Of a stretch of DNA of 51,149 nt, positions 17,138-27,803 are shown piece by piece. The notes beneath the pieces are model-generated. The model was not told where the DNA came from. It searched no databases and saw nothing but the letters and a program-made list of their open reading frames with translations. The stretch comes from a bacterium (GTDB lineage Bacteria > Vulcanimicrobiota > Vulcanimicrobiia > Vulcanimicrobiales > Vulcanimicrobiaceae): positions 1 through 51,149 of the forward strand of contig JAKAPQ010000001.1 in the NCBI GenBank assembly GCA_021806945.1. Reading direction: 5' to 3'. The translations under genes and the position numbers were made by a program. Numbering within the stretch: the first letter of the stretch is position 1; each line of letters starts with the position of its first letter.

Positions 17138-18130
17138 ATGAATACGCAAGTCTTGCTCGCGCGCCGTCCGGCCGGCGAACCGCAGCCCGACGATTTTCAC
17201 ATCGTCCGAACGCCGGTTCCCGAACCGGGCGAGGGCCAGCTGTTGCTCCGCACGCGCTTTCTCTCGCTGGATCCCTACATGCGGGGGCGCATGAGCCCAT
17301 CTAAGTCGTATGCGGCACCGATGGCTATCGGCGATGTGATGGTCGGCGGCACCGTGAGCGAGGTCGTCGCGTCGAACCACCCAGGGTTCGCCCCCGGCGA
17401 AACCGTGTTAGCCTATGCCGGCTGGCAAAGCTATGCCCTCTCGAACGGAGCCGGGCTGCGAAAGATCGATCCGGCTGGCTTCCCGATCACCTACGCGCTC
17501 GGGATCCTTGGCATGCCGGGGCAGACGGCCTACTGCGCTCTGCTCGACATTGGGAAACCGAAGGCAGGCGAGACCGTCGTCGTCTCAGCCGCGTCGGGCG
17601 CCGTCGGCTCGGTCGCCGGGCAGATCGCGAAGATCGCAGGCTGCCGCGTGGTCGGCATCGCGGGAAGGGACGATAAATGCGCGTACGTCACGGAGACGCT
17701 CGGATTCGACGCCTGCATCAACCGGCGAACGGCCGATCTCGATACGGCGCTGCTCCAGGCCTGCCCGGACGGGATCGACGTGTACTACGACAACACCGCC
17801 GGTAAGATTCTCGAAGCGGTCCTACGCCATATCGTTGTCGGCGCCCGGATTCCGCTCGTCGGATTGATCGAGCACTACAACGCGACGCAAGCACCCGCCG
17901 GGCCGTCTCTCGGCCCCCTCCTCGTGAACCGGGCGAAGATCGAGGGCTTCCTGGTGAGCGACCACGAAACGCACGCGGGTGCGTTCCTTCGAGAGATGAC
18001 TTCGTGGCTGCGCGAGGGCAGAATACGCTACCGCGAAGACGTCGTCGACGGCCTCGAGAACGCGCCGCGGGCGTTTATCGGCTTGCTGCGCGGAGAAAAT
18101 TTCGGAAAGATGTTGGTGCGCTGCGATTGA
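17138..18130 (+). CDS. NADP-dependent oxidoreductase, MDR superfamily (YncB/PTGR1-like)
   Basis: 'LLLRTRFLSLDPYMRGRM' and the nucleotide-binding 'VVVSAASGAVGSVAGQIAKIAGCRVVGIAG' are typical of this family. ATG at 17138. Confidence 0.85.
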   Translation: MNTQVLLARRPAGEPQPDDFHIVRTPVPEPGEGQLLLRTRFLSLDPYMRGRMSPSKSYAAPMAIGDVMVGGTVSEVVASNHPGFAPGETVLAYAGWQSYALSNGAGLRKIDPAGFPITYALGILGMPGQTAYCALLDIGKPKAGETVVVSAASGAVGSVAGQIAKIAGCRVVGIAGRDDKCAYVTETLGFDACINRRTADLDTALLQACPDGIDVYYDNTAGKILEAVLRHIVVGARIPLVGLIEHYNATQAPAGPSLGPLLVNRAKIEGFLVSDHETHAGAFLREMTSWLREGRIRYREDVVDGLENAPRAFIGLLRGENFGKMLVRCD

Positions 18131-20256
18131 GCGCGCAGAAACCGCTCGAACTCCTCGGGCTCGAGCGGCTTGGAGAAATAGTATCCTTGGATGAGGGTGC
18201 AGCCAAGCGATGCGAGTATGTCGACTTGTTCGCGCGACTCGGCCCCCTCGGCGATAACGGTGAGATTCCGCCCACGCGCCAGCGCGATAATCGCTTGCGC
18301 GATCGCGGATTCGAACGGATCGCGACCGAGATCCTGCACGAAGCCGCGATCGATCTTCAGCGTGTCGATAGGAAAATGTTTCAGCTGCGCGAGAGAGTTG
18401 TTGCCCGTTCCAAAATCGTCGACGGCGATCGACACGCCCATATCGCGTAACCGTTGCAGCGTCGCACGCCCTTCCCCGGCGTCCCGTACTATGACGTTCT
18501 CGGTAAGCTCCAAGGAGAGCATCGAAGCATCCAACTTCGTGTCGGCCAGCACGGTCCGCACCAGATCCGCGATGGGCTCTCGGTTGATCTGCTCGGCCGA
18601 CACGTTCACGGCAACGCGGAGCGGCGTTCCGAGCGCGGACCAGCGCCGGGCCGCCGCACAGGCTTCGCGCAGCACCCACGCGCCGATCGGAACGATCAAC
18701 CCGCTTTGCTCCGCGACCTCCAAGAATGACTCGGGCCCCAGAAGGCCGCGCTCCGGGTGCTGCCAGCGTATCAGCGCCTCCGCCGAGACCGCGCGCCGCG
18801 TGCGAAGATCGATGACCGGCTGATAGACGAGCCGGAACTCGCCGGCGAGAAGGGCCTTTGACAGATCCATCTCAGTCGCCAATCGCTCTGCTGCCGCTTG
18901 GCGCATCTCGGCGGCGAAGAAACGAGCACCCTTATCGCGGGTGATCTCTTTCGCGTGGGACAAGGCGGTATTGGCACACGCAACCAGATCTTCGGAAGCC
19001 GTTGCATCGTCAGGATACAGCGCAGCGCCGATGCTCGGGACAAGCCGCAACTGATGGCCGCCGATGGCGTACGGCGCCGACAGCCCCCCAAGGAGATTTT
19101 TCGCAAACCGGGAGACGCCGGACCGGTCGCCTAAATCGTCGCGCACGATCACGAAGTTGTCGCCGCCCCACCGGCCGACTATGCCGCCGCGCGCAGGATG
19201 CTGCGCCGTCATCCGCCGGCCGATTTCGACCAGCAGCCGGTCGCCGAAGGCGTGGCCGAGCGTATAGTTGATCGCTTTGAGACCCTGGAAGTCGATGAAG
19301 AGCAGCGCCAATCGCGAATCGGACGCTCCTCCCGGCGTGGCCACCGATTGCAGATACGTTTCGATCGCCGTGCGGTTCGCCAAGCCTGTCAGATGATCGT
19401 GCTCGGCCAGATACGCGAGCCGCTCCTCCGCTCGAACCGGTTCGGTGATGTCGTGAAGCGTACCGATCATGCGGCTGGGAGTGCCTCGTTCGTCGTACTC
19501 GTACCAACCGCGCGCATGCACCCAGCGCACCTCACCATCGGCGCGGACGACTCGGTGGCGAAGTTCATACGGCTTACCGCTGCGGCGTGCCTCTTCCAGC
19601 GTCCGTTTGACCAATTCGACGTCTTCGGCGTAGGTGTAGCGCGAGGCCGCGTCCGAGGTCGCGTCGATGGGAGCGTAGATCTCCTCCCGCGAACGCCCGA
19701 AGATTCGATACATCTCGTCGGTCCATATCACCTCGCCCGTCATCAGGTTGCGATACCAGATCCCGATGTGGCCGACTCGCTGCACCGCCGCCAGCACGGA
19801 TTCCGTTTCCGCGCGGGCGCGCAAGGCGTTGAGACGTTCCGTAACGTCGTTGAGCATGACGAAATTCGCCGGACGCCCACCCACCTCGACGCGGTTGGTC
19901 GTAATCTCGACCTCGAGGATGCCGCCGTCGCGCTTTCGGTGGCGGACCGCTCCCCAGTACACTAGCCCGGGCTTGTCGTTGGCGACAACATCTTTCAGGG
20001 CTTGGTCGCCGTCCTCGGGGAGGCGGACCTCTTTGACCGTCATCGCGAGGAACTCGTCGCGAGAGTAACCGTAGTGCGCTATTGCCGCATCGTTGACGTC
20101 GAGAAACCGGAACGTCTCAAGGTCCCATATCCACATCGGATAGGGATTCTTGCGGAAGAACTCGCGGTACGACCACGACGACTCCCGCCAACTAGGTTCC
20201 TCCGTAACTCTGGGTGCCTCTGCACTCTCCTTGGCCGCCACTACGTCGGTTGCCAT
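18028..20256 (-). CDS. PAS-PAS-GGDEF(degenerate)-EAL signalling protein, likely a c-di-GMP phosphodiesterase
   Basis: Two PAS-like modules. The GGDEF site reads 'RWGGDNFVIV' (E to N). The EAL domain looks intact ('EALIRWQHP', 'DDFGTG', 'KIDRGFV'). The 3' end overlaps the convergent oxidoreductase gene by 103 nt. Confidence 0.9.
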   Translation of the reverse strand: MATDVVAAKESAEAPRVTEEPSWRESSWSYREFFRKNPYPMWIWDLETFRFLDVNDAAIAHYGYSRDEFLAMTVKEVRLPEDGDQALKDVVANDKPGLVYWGAVRHRKRDGGILEVEITTNRVEVGGRPANFVMLNDVTERLNALRARAETESVLAAVQRVGHIGIWYRNLMTGEVIWTDEMYRIFGRSREEIYAPIDATSDAASRYTYAEDVELVKRTLEEARRSGKPYELRHRVVRADGEVRWVHARGWYEYDERGTPSRMIGTLHDITEPVRAEERLAYLAEHDHLTGLANRTAIETYLQSVATPGGASDSRLALLFIDFQGLKAINYTLGHAFGDRLLVEIGRRMTAQHPARGGIVGRWGGDNFVIVRDDLGDRSGVSRFAKNLLGGLSAPYAIGGHQLRLVPSIGAALYPDDATASEDLVACANTALSHAKEITRDKGARFFAAEMRQAAAERLATEMDLSKALLAGEFRLVYQPVIDLRTRRAVSAEALIRWQHPERGLLGPESFLEVAEQSGLIVPIGAWVLREACAAARRWSALGTPLRVAVNVSAEQINREPIADLVRTVLADTKLDASMLSLELTENVIVRDAGEGRATLQRLRDMGVSIAVDDFGTGNNSLAQLKHFPIDTLKIDRGFVQDLGRDPFESAIAQAIIALARGRNLTVIAEGAESREQVDILASLGCTLIQGYYFSKPLEPEEFERFLRAQSQRTNIFPKFSPRSKPINARGAFSRPSTTSSR

Positions 20257-20382
20257 GCTTTATCTGCTTCCCGAAGATCTATCCCCTCCGGGCGTATCGT
20301 TCTACCCGAGACAACCTCAAAATAACCCGAACCCGCGAAGAATACCAGCTCGAGTGGTGTTTTTTACTCAGGCTTTACCCGC

Positions 20383-22053
<1,671 letters not shown>

Positions 22054-22204
22054 GGTCTCTCTGCGTTCGGACCGAACCCAGATTCTCCCGGCCCGATTGC
22101 GGCGTAAAGTGAGCGTTAACTTTTGCCGCCGCTCGAAAGTTTTCCGCGCAGAGCGGGGTATAGTTACGATCGAAAGGGATAAAGGAGGTCTCCGTGCAGA
22201 TCCA

Positions 22205-23401
22205 ATGATCGCCCTTGGTACCGAGCAGCTGCTGCTCTTGGTTCTCATCACGCAGTCCGTGCTGCTGGCAATTGCCAGCGCCGTCTTCGCAATGGTGCTG
22301 CGCGCCACCGCGCCCGACCGCGGCCGCTGGTGGCTGGCGGGGTGGGTCTCTTTGGCGCTGGCTCTCGGGACCGAAGGCGCCGCGCAGGCATATTCGCGCG
22401 TCGAGATGCCGCTCTCTTTGGTCGCCACCGTACTGGCGATCGCCGGGGGTTGGGGCTTGGTCGCGGGCTCGTACCAGTACCGGCGGGTCTGGCCGGTGCC
22501 GACGTGGGCGTATGCCGTCGTTGCCGCGGGAGCGGCAGCAGCCCTTACCGTATCGTGGCGTGCCGACATCCTGACCGATCTCGTCGGTCCCGAAATAGCG
22601 ATCTTCGCGGCGATGCTGCCGACGGCAGTCGTTCTCTATCCGTTCGCGGGCGATCGCCTGCGCCAGCGCGGGAGCCGCAGCGCCTGGATCGCTGCGGTGC
22701 TGCTGGCTCTCTTCATCGCGCGGACGCTGGTCAGCAACGCCGTTCTCGCCGGCCGGCAGGCGGAGCTCTCGCCGCTCTACTGGTCGATAGAGACCTTCGG
22801 CTTCTGCTTGCTCGCGATTGCCCTCGCAACCAGCCAAGTGGTCATGCTCCTCGACGAGCTGCACATGGAGCTCCACAGCTCGAACCTCGCGCTCACCAAA
22901 GCGCTCGAAGATCTCGAAGCTGCAGCGAAGATCGATCCCTTGACGGGGCTCTACAATCGCTACGCGTTCTACTCGCTGATCGACGAACTCCGTTTACGAA
23001 ATGCCTCCGCCGGTTGCGTCATCATGCTGGACGTGAACTACCTAAAGGCGATCAACGACACCTACGGGCACCATATGGGCGATCGCGCCCTCCTCAACGT
23101 GGCCGAACGCATCCGAGGCTTGCTGCGGGCGACCGACCATGCGTTCCGCTGGGGCGGCGACGAATTCGTGGTGCTACTATTCGGCGTCGCTCCGGAGATC
23201 GCGCACGAGCGAGCCGCGGAGATGGAACGAATCGAGCCCCTCCACGTTCCGGGCATCGACGCACCCGTTCCGCTGCATACTTCCTGGGGCGTCGCGCCGT
23301 TCGAGCCCGCGAACCCGGACGCAGCACTACGAGAGGCCGATGCGAATCTCTACGCGCAAAGGCGTCTAACGGGAGCGCGGAGAGCGGTGAAGGCAGGATG
23401 A
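22205..23401 (+). CDS. integral-membrane diguanylate cyclase (multi-TM N-terminal domain plus GGDEF)
   Basis: About 6 TM helices, then 'DPLTGLYNR...MLDVNYLKAINDTYGHHMGD...FRWGGDEFVVLL', an intact GGDEF. ATG at 22205. The earlier part of the tracked ORF is antisense to ettA. Confidence 0.85.
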   Translation: MIALGTEQLLLLVLITQSVLLAIASAVFAMVLRATAPDRGRWWLAGWVSLALALGTEGAAQAYSRVEMPLSLVATVLAIAGGWGLVAGSYQYRRVWPVPTWAYAVVAAGAAAALTVSWRADILTDLVGPEIAIFAAMLPTAVVLYPFAGDRLRQRGSRSAWIAAVLLALFIARTLVSNAVLAGRQAELSPLYWSIETFGFCLLAIALATSQVVMLLDELHMELHSSNLALTKALEDLEAAAKIDPLTGLYNRYAFYSLIDELRLRNASAGCVIMLDVNYLKAINDTYGHHMGDRALLNVAERIRGLLRATDHAFRWGGDEFVVLLFGVAPEIAHERAAEMERIEPLHVPGIDAPVPLHTSWGVAPFEPANPDAALREADANLYAQRRLTGARRAVKAG

Positions 23402-23757
23402 TCGAGCAGGTTTTCTGCGTGCTGCTGCCGTTGTTTTCGGGCTGCTCGCCGTACCGCCAGGACGTGCCGACTATTTCGGCGCTCGTTCAAAACGCACCGC
23501 GCTTCACCGGCCATGTGGTCGCCGTTACGGGCACCGCCCGCAGCCTGCGCCAATGGCGTTACAAAGACGGCTATCGCTCCGAACTCTTTACGCTTTGCGA
23601 CGCAGGCAGCTGCGTGACGGTCTACGAGCGTGCGAACTCACCGATCCACGATGGCGAGCGGCTCGCCGTTCGCGGTACGTTTTACGACAATTTGCACATC
23701 GGGGGACGCATCTACCGCAACGAAGTAGACGCGGGCGCGGTTCTCCCGCTCGATTAG
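23398..23757 (+). CDS. small putative lipoprotein, unknown function
   Basis: ATGA start/stop overlap with the GGDEF gene. Lipobox-like 'LLPLFSGC'. 119 aa. No family recognised. Confidence 0.55.
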   Translation: MIEQVFCVLLPLFSGCSPYRQDVPTISALVQNAPRFTGHVVAVTGTARSLRQWRYKDGYRSELFTLCDAGSCVTVYERANSPIHDGERLAVRGTFYDNLHIGGRIYRNEVDAGAVLPLD

Positions 23758-23812
23758 CGACCCTCCCCGCAAGCGTCCGTTACCCCTAATCGCCATTCGG
23801 TCTTTGGCTTGC

Positions 23813-24256
23813 TCATGCAGACGGCACAAGGAGTACCGACGTTCCCTGATTCTCCGCGAGTCGAGACAGAGTTAGGTCTGCCGTGGCCAGGGCCACACCA
23901 TCGCGCTGCGCGAGTGCAAGATACATGCAGTCCGGTACTTTGTGCCCGAGCGTCAGCGCAAGCATGAGTGCAGGCGCAACGAGGTCTTCATCCTGGACAA
24001 ACTGCACGATGCCATCCGAGGCGGCCTGCCCAAGGATTGCGATCGCCTGAACCGCATGTTCGACGCGTAACTCGTTAGCGACGACTTTGCGTCGCAGCGC
24101 CGAAGCAACCTCCGTAACGAGCAGCCGCGGGGCGACCCATGTGATGGGTCGTTCCATCAGAGCCGCCGCGTCGTCGCTACCCCGTTCCAGCACGAGCCAG
24201 CGAACCGCGACCGAGGCATCGAGGACGGCAGAAGACGGTTCGCTAACCCCAGGCAT
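23813..24256 (-). CDS. vapC: PIN-domain ribonuclease toxin (VapC family)
   Basis: Conserved acidic positions are 'VLDASV', 'VTEVASAL', 'VPDCMYLALA' and 'ATADLTL'. ATG at 24256 overlaps the antitoxin 3' end by 14 nt. Local GC is lower than the surrounding sequence. Confidence 0.8.
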   Translation of the reverse strand: MPGVSEPSSAVLDASVAVRWLVLERGSDDAAALMERPITWVAPRLLVTEVASALRRKVVANELRVEHAVQAIAILGQAASDGIVQFVQDEDLVAPALMLALTLGHKVPDCMYLALAQRDGVALATADLTLSRLAENQGTSVLLVPSA

Positions 24257-24488
24257 CGCGTTCTTGCCGTATGATACGCACGCTATCGAGACCCGTATCC
24301 CTTGGCGGCGGTCCTGCAGCTGCTCGTAGCGCGGCTGCACGTCGCACGAGCGCACTTCGGCGCAGGACGACGGAACTGCTGAGCACGCGGCGAGCCTCCT
24401 CTTCGAGTGAAACGCCATGACACTTTGCGCGCACTCGCAAGCTTGCGGCAATGCGGTCGTCGAGGTTACGCACCTTTAAGTCTGCCAT
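24243..24488 (-). CDS. vapB: ribbon-helix-helix antitoxin (VapB/FitA-like)
   Basis: 'MADLKVRNLDDRIAASLRVRAKCHGVSLEEEARRVL' is the classic Arc/FitA-type RHH N-terminus. In-frame ATGs at 24500 and 24515 are alternative starts. Confidence 0.75.
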   Translation of the reverse strand: MADLKVRNLDDRIAASLRVRAKCHGVSLEEEARRVLSSSVVLRRSALVRRAAALRAAAGPPPRDTGLDSVRIIRQERDAWG

Positions 24489-24495
24489 TGCACCT

Positions 24496-24525
24496 AGCAT
24501 AGTGCACGACCCCATATGGGGTCAA
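24496..24525 (-). promoter_or_regulatory. putative vapBC promoter overlapped by a 16-bp perfect palindrome (candidate operator)
   Basis: The minus strand reads TTGACC, an 18-nt spacer, then TATGCT. The -10 ends 7 nt before the vapB ATG, so the mRNA would be leaderless or nearly so. The perfect palindrome GACCCCATATGGGGTC (24508-24523) covers the -35 and spacer. This is sequence pattern only. Confidence 0.4.
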
Positions 24526-24550
24526 TACGCCGGCTGTCACTTCAAAATCT

Positions 24551-24644
24551 TGGCGGGAAAGTGTTGGAATCGAACCAACCAACCGGCTTGCGCCGGCCTC
24601 AGCGGTTTTGAAGACCGTGCGGGCCACCAGACCCGTACTCTCCC
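24551..24644 (-). tRNA. selC: tRNA-Sec (anticodon UCA)
   Basis: Minus-strand sequence: GGGAGAGTACGGGTCTGGTGGCCCGCACGGTCTTCAAAACCGCTGAGGCCGGCGCAAGCCGGTTGGTTGGTTCGATTCCAACACTTTCCCGCCA. The acceptor stem is 8 bp (GGGAGAGT/ACTTTCCC, one G-U). The T arm is 5 bp (GTTGG-TTCGATT-CCAAC). The anticodon loop is CTTCAAA (UCA). The long variable arm CCGGC-GCAA-GCCGG has a GNRA cap. Discriminator G and CCA are encoded. selA and selB are in the same window. Confidence 0.9.
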
Positions 24645-24800
24645 AAGGGCTATGGGCTCCGCCCGATGGCCGTCTCACGTGCGGATTTGGGTTCGCGCGT
24701 ATTTGCCCCTTCGGGTGAGGCCCCCAACGGCCTCGTGCCCCGACTGGGACCGCAGAGACGGGGTGCCTGAGGCCAGAATAGAGAAGGGCCCCCGCCTGCA

Positions 24801-25631
24801 ATGTGGTCGAGACGACGCTTTCTGCTCGGCACTACGGCCGTTGGACCGATCCTGGCGACGTCGCATCTTCGCGCCGGAGCCCAAGGCGCTTACTCGCCTT
24901 ACGCGGTCGAAGGGATCTTCGATCTAGGCTTCCAGGGCGCGCTGCGCTCCATACGTTTCGCCCCGGAACGCGGCACGGTACCCGTGCTCTGCCTGGCGGC
25001 GCTACTGCCGCGCGCGTCGTTCCGTGCCTCTATCCTCGCGGAGTCCGACCGGGCGCGAGCCTATTCGGCGGTTACAGAACTCGCGCGCCGGCAACACGCC
25101 TGCGTCGCGATAAACGGCGGCTTCTTCGACGTCGATCGCTTCACGCCCAAAGGCCTGCTCGTCATCGACGGTAAGACCGTGAACCGCGCGCGCTCCGATT
25201 TTTCCGGTGTGGTCTCGATAGATCGTATGGGCGCGTTGTCCGTCGTGCGAACCTCTGAGGTGCGTCACCCGGAGTTCGCCGTGCAGGGGAGGCCGCTGCT
25301 CGTCGCGCCGGGCGGCAAGATGGGGATGCGCAGCGACGACGGCCGTCGTGCCGAACGCAGCTTCATCGCGCAGAGCGGCGATATCGTCATCGCTGCCGTG
25401 ACCTCTCCCGTGACCCTCTATCATTTAGCCGACGTGCTCGTAGAGTATCCGGACGCGTTCGGACTACCTCGCATCGATGCGGCTCTCAACTTGAGCGGGT
25501 CGGCAACGACGAGCTTTTACGCTCGCCTTCCCGATGGAACGGAAGTGATTCGCCATCCCTCCGGGCCGAACCGCGACGTCGTACTCTTCAGCGCCCCTGC
25601 ATACATCCAACGGTCGGCCATTTACAACTAG
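24801..25631 (+). CDS. phosphodiester glycosidase (NAGPA-domain/DUF2233) family protein, Tat-signal
   Basis: Twin-arginine N-terminus 'SRRRFLLGTTAV'. The core 'ACVAINGGFFDVDRFTPKGLLVIDGK' is typical of the family. Confidence 0.7.
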   Translation: MWSRRRFLLGTTAVGPILATSHLRAGAQGAYSPYAVEGIFDLGFQGALRSIRFAPERGTVPVLCLAALLPRASFRASILAESDRARAYSAVTELARRQHACVAINGGFFDVDRFTPKGLLVIDGKTVNRARSDFSGVVSIDRMGALSVVRTSEVRHPEFAVQGRPLLVAPGGKMGMRSDDGRRAERSFIAQSGDIVIAAVTSPVTLYHLADVLVEYPDAFGLPRIDAALNLSGSATTSFYARLPDGTEVIRHPSGPNRDVVLFSAPAYIQRSAIYN

Positions 25632-25667
25632 CCGTCAACATCCGCGATCGCAGGGAAAGGCTCCAAG

Positions 25668-27194
25668 GTGCGCCGCAGTACCCAACGTATGAAAGAATCG
25701 GCCGTGCGCCTCGCGTGGGTTGTCGCCGGAGCAACCTTCCTCGCGCATCTGATTGCCAATCCGCATTATGGCTTTTTCCGCGACGAGCTCTACTTCATTA
25801 TTTGCGGTCGCCAGCCCGATTGGGGCTACGTCGATCAGCCGCCTCTCGTCCCGCTCATCGCGGCGGGCAGCCAGCTCTTCGGTATCTCGCTGATCGCTCT
25901 TCGAGCGACGGCGGCGCTCTGCGCCGGAGCGAGCGTCTTCGTTACGATGCGCCTCGCCGCGCAGCTTGGGGGCGGCCGCTTTGCTCAGATCTTCGCCGCG
26001 CTCGTCGCGGCAGCCACGCCCGTCCTCGTTGCGTTCGGCACGCAGGTCGGCCCCGACATGATCGGGCTTTGGCTCTGGCCGCTTACCGCGCTCTACGTGC
26101 TGCGAATCATCGACGGCGCTACGCCGCGCCTGTGGCTAGCGGTCGGCGCGTGCATCGGCCTTTCGTTCGAAGCGAAATATAGCGTCATCTTCTTTGCCCT
26201 TGCCCTGCTCGTCGGACTACTCGCAACAGGAGAGCGACGCATTCTCGCTACGCCCTGGTTCTTCTACGGCAGCGCACTCGCAATCGCGATTGCGCTGCCC
26301 AACGCGATTTGGCAGATCGCACACGATCTTCCGATGCTGCAACTCCTGCTCGCGGCACGGCACGGCAAGAACGTCGCGCTCTCTCCGCTCGGCTTCATCG
26401 CGCAAGAGATACTCATCACCAATCCATTCCTCGCCTGGCTCTGGGTCGTCGGTACGATCGTCGCGCTGCGCGATGCACGCCTGCGATGGATCGGTATCGC
26501 CGTTCTCGTGCTGCTTGCCGAGATGATCGCGTTACGCGGGAAGAACTACTATCCCGCCGACGTCTTCCCGATTCCCATCGCCGTCGGCGCGCTGGCAATG
26601 GCCCGCACGGTAACCTCGCGGTGGGGGCGCCTCGCGCTCGCCGGCGCAACGGTGGTCGCGGCATCGTGGCTGATCCCATTTACCGTACCAGTGCTTCCGA
26701 CGCCGGCGATCGTTGCCTATACGAGCTTCTTTCGCCATACACTGCACCTTTCGGCGGAATCGGAGCAGCATCGCCACGCTTCGTTAGGGCAGGACTTCGC
26801 CGACATGCACGGATGGCCGCGCCTGGCAGCGCTGGTCGCGCGACTCTACCGCGCCCTCCCGCCGCCGGAGCGAGCGCGTGCGGCGATCTTTGCGAGCAAC
26901 TACGGCGAGGCTTCCGCAATCGCATTCTTCGATGCGGGGCAGCGGCTGCCGCCCGTGCTCTCGGGCCACAATCAATACTGGCTCTGGGGGCCGCGTGGTT
27001 CGGACGGCAGCATCCTGATCGACGTCAACGGGCGATGCGGCGCAGCGAGCCATTTTTACGCCCACGCGCGCCTGCTCGCACGATTCTCCGATCCACTCGG
27101 GATGCCGTACGAAAACGGCATTCCAATCTATCTCTGCCGCGGCCCGCGCGAGCCGCTAGCGCGCATTTGGCCGAAGCTCAAGAACTACTCTTAA
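25668..27194 (+). CDS. GT-C fold membrane glycosyltransferase (family 39/ArnT/PMT-like)
   Basis: About 11-12 TM helices. The N-terminal loop motif is 'FFRDELYFIICG...DWGYVDQPPL'. A soluble C-terminal domain follows. Confidence 0.7.
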   Translation: MRRSTQRMKESAVRLAWVVAGATFLAHLIANPHYGFFRDELYFIICGRQPDWGYVDQPPLVPLIAAGSQLFGISLIALRATAALCAGASVFVTMRLAAQLGGGRFAQIFAALVAAATPVLVAFGTQVGPDMIGLWLWPLTALYVLRIIDGATPRLWLAVGACIGLSFEAKYSVIFFALALLVGLLATGERRILATPWFFYGSALAIAIALPNAIWQIAHDLPMLQLLLAARHGKNVALSPLGFIAQEILITNPFLAWLWVVGTIVALRDARLRWIGIAVLVLLAEMIALRGKNYYPADVFPIPIAVGALAMARTVTSRWGRLALAGATVVAASWLIPFTVPVLPTPAIVAYTSFFRHTLHLSAESEQHRHASLGQDFADMHGWPRLAALVARLYRALPPPERARAAIFASNYGEASAIAFFDAGQRLPPVLSGHNQYWLWGPRGSDGSILIDVNGRCGAASHFYAHARLLARFSDPLGMPYENGIPIYLCRGPREPLARIWPKLKNYS

Positions 27195-27694
27195 CGCACC
27201 GTACAGCGATCGCTTCCGCGCGGGATCGTCTTTCCGTCGAGCCGTTGCGTGAAGGTGCGAGCGATATGCGTTGAGTCTATGCGTTTCCAAGTTATGAGGC
27301 CTTCGAGCGGTGCGCTGCCGGCCTTGGCGTTTGCCGGATCGTAGGGGCCCGTCCAGCTCCAGGTGCCGTCGCCGGCGCGAACGCCATGCATGTTCGCGTA
27401 GCTCCCGTCGGCATGGAAGTCGCGGTAGACCCAGCGTTGCCGCTGCGTTATGTATCCCACGAAGGCGCTGCCCGCCGGAATGCCCGCCGCACTGAGACCC
27501 CAATCGACACGGACCCAGCGGCTTCCGCGAGCGCGCGCAATCCTCCACCGTGAGGCAGGTTGCCCGGGCGCACGACAGATCCACGTGCCCGCGAAATCGC
27601 GCAGAAATGCGTTCGTAGGTTCAGAGGCGCCATGCGCGGGTTGCGCGAGAGCGGCTGCCAAAACGAACGTAGCGACCATCGAAGGTACCTCCAT
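27191..27694 (-). CDS. secreted hypothetical protein
   Basis: Signal peptide 'MVATFVLAAALAQPAHGA'. Two candidate ATGs (27694 and 27679) are each preceded by the same GGAGGTACCT motif. No family recognised. Confidence 0.55.
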   Translation of the reverse strand: MEVPSMVATFVLAAALAQPAHGASEPTNAFLRDFAGTWICRAPGQPASRWRIARARGSRWVRVDWGLSAAGIPAGSAFVGYITQRQRWVYRDFHADGSYANMHGVRAGDGTWSWTGPYDPANAKAGSAPLEGLITWKRIDSTHIARTFTQRLDGKTIPRGSDRCTVR

Positions 27695-27803
27695 AATCAG
27701 GTACCTCCCTTATTTTGAAAGACCGTCAGACCTGCCCTCTACCGGAGCTTCGAAGCCCCTGATGTGGCGTCTTCCCCAAGCGGCATGAAAAGCAGCGCTT
27801 GCC

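Noticed and set aside
22159-22164. A TATAGT -10-like hexamer 41 nt upstream of the GGDEF gene start.
   Set aside because: There is no acceptable -35 or extended -10 at the right spacing, so it is too weak to report as a promoter feature.
22054-22569. A 172-codon N-terminal extension of the ettA ORF, and correspondingly the 21422-22204 part of the 659-aa plus-strand ORF.
   Set aside because: EttA homology begins exactly at the GTG at 22053. The extension is low-complexity and overlaps the divergent GGDEF gene's membrane domain. The plus-strand extension is antisense to ettA.
24551-24900. The GGTTCGATTCC...CCCGCCA end on the minus strand first looked like the tRNA-like 3' end of a tmRNA (ssrA).
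   Set aside because: The molecule closes as a 94-nt cloverleaf with an 8-bp acceptor stem, a UCA anticodon and a long variable arm, which is tRNA-Sec. There is no tag ORF and no tmRNA 5' pairing partner upstream, and that region is occupied by a good protein gene from 24801.
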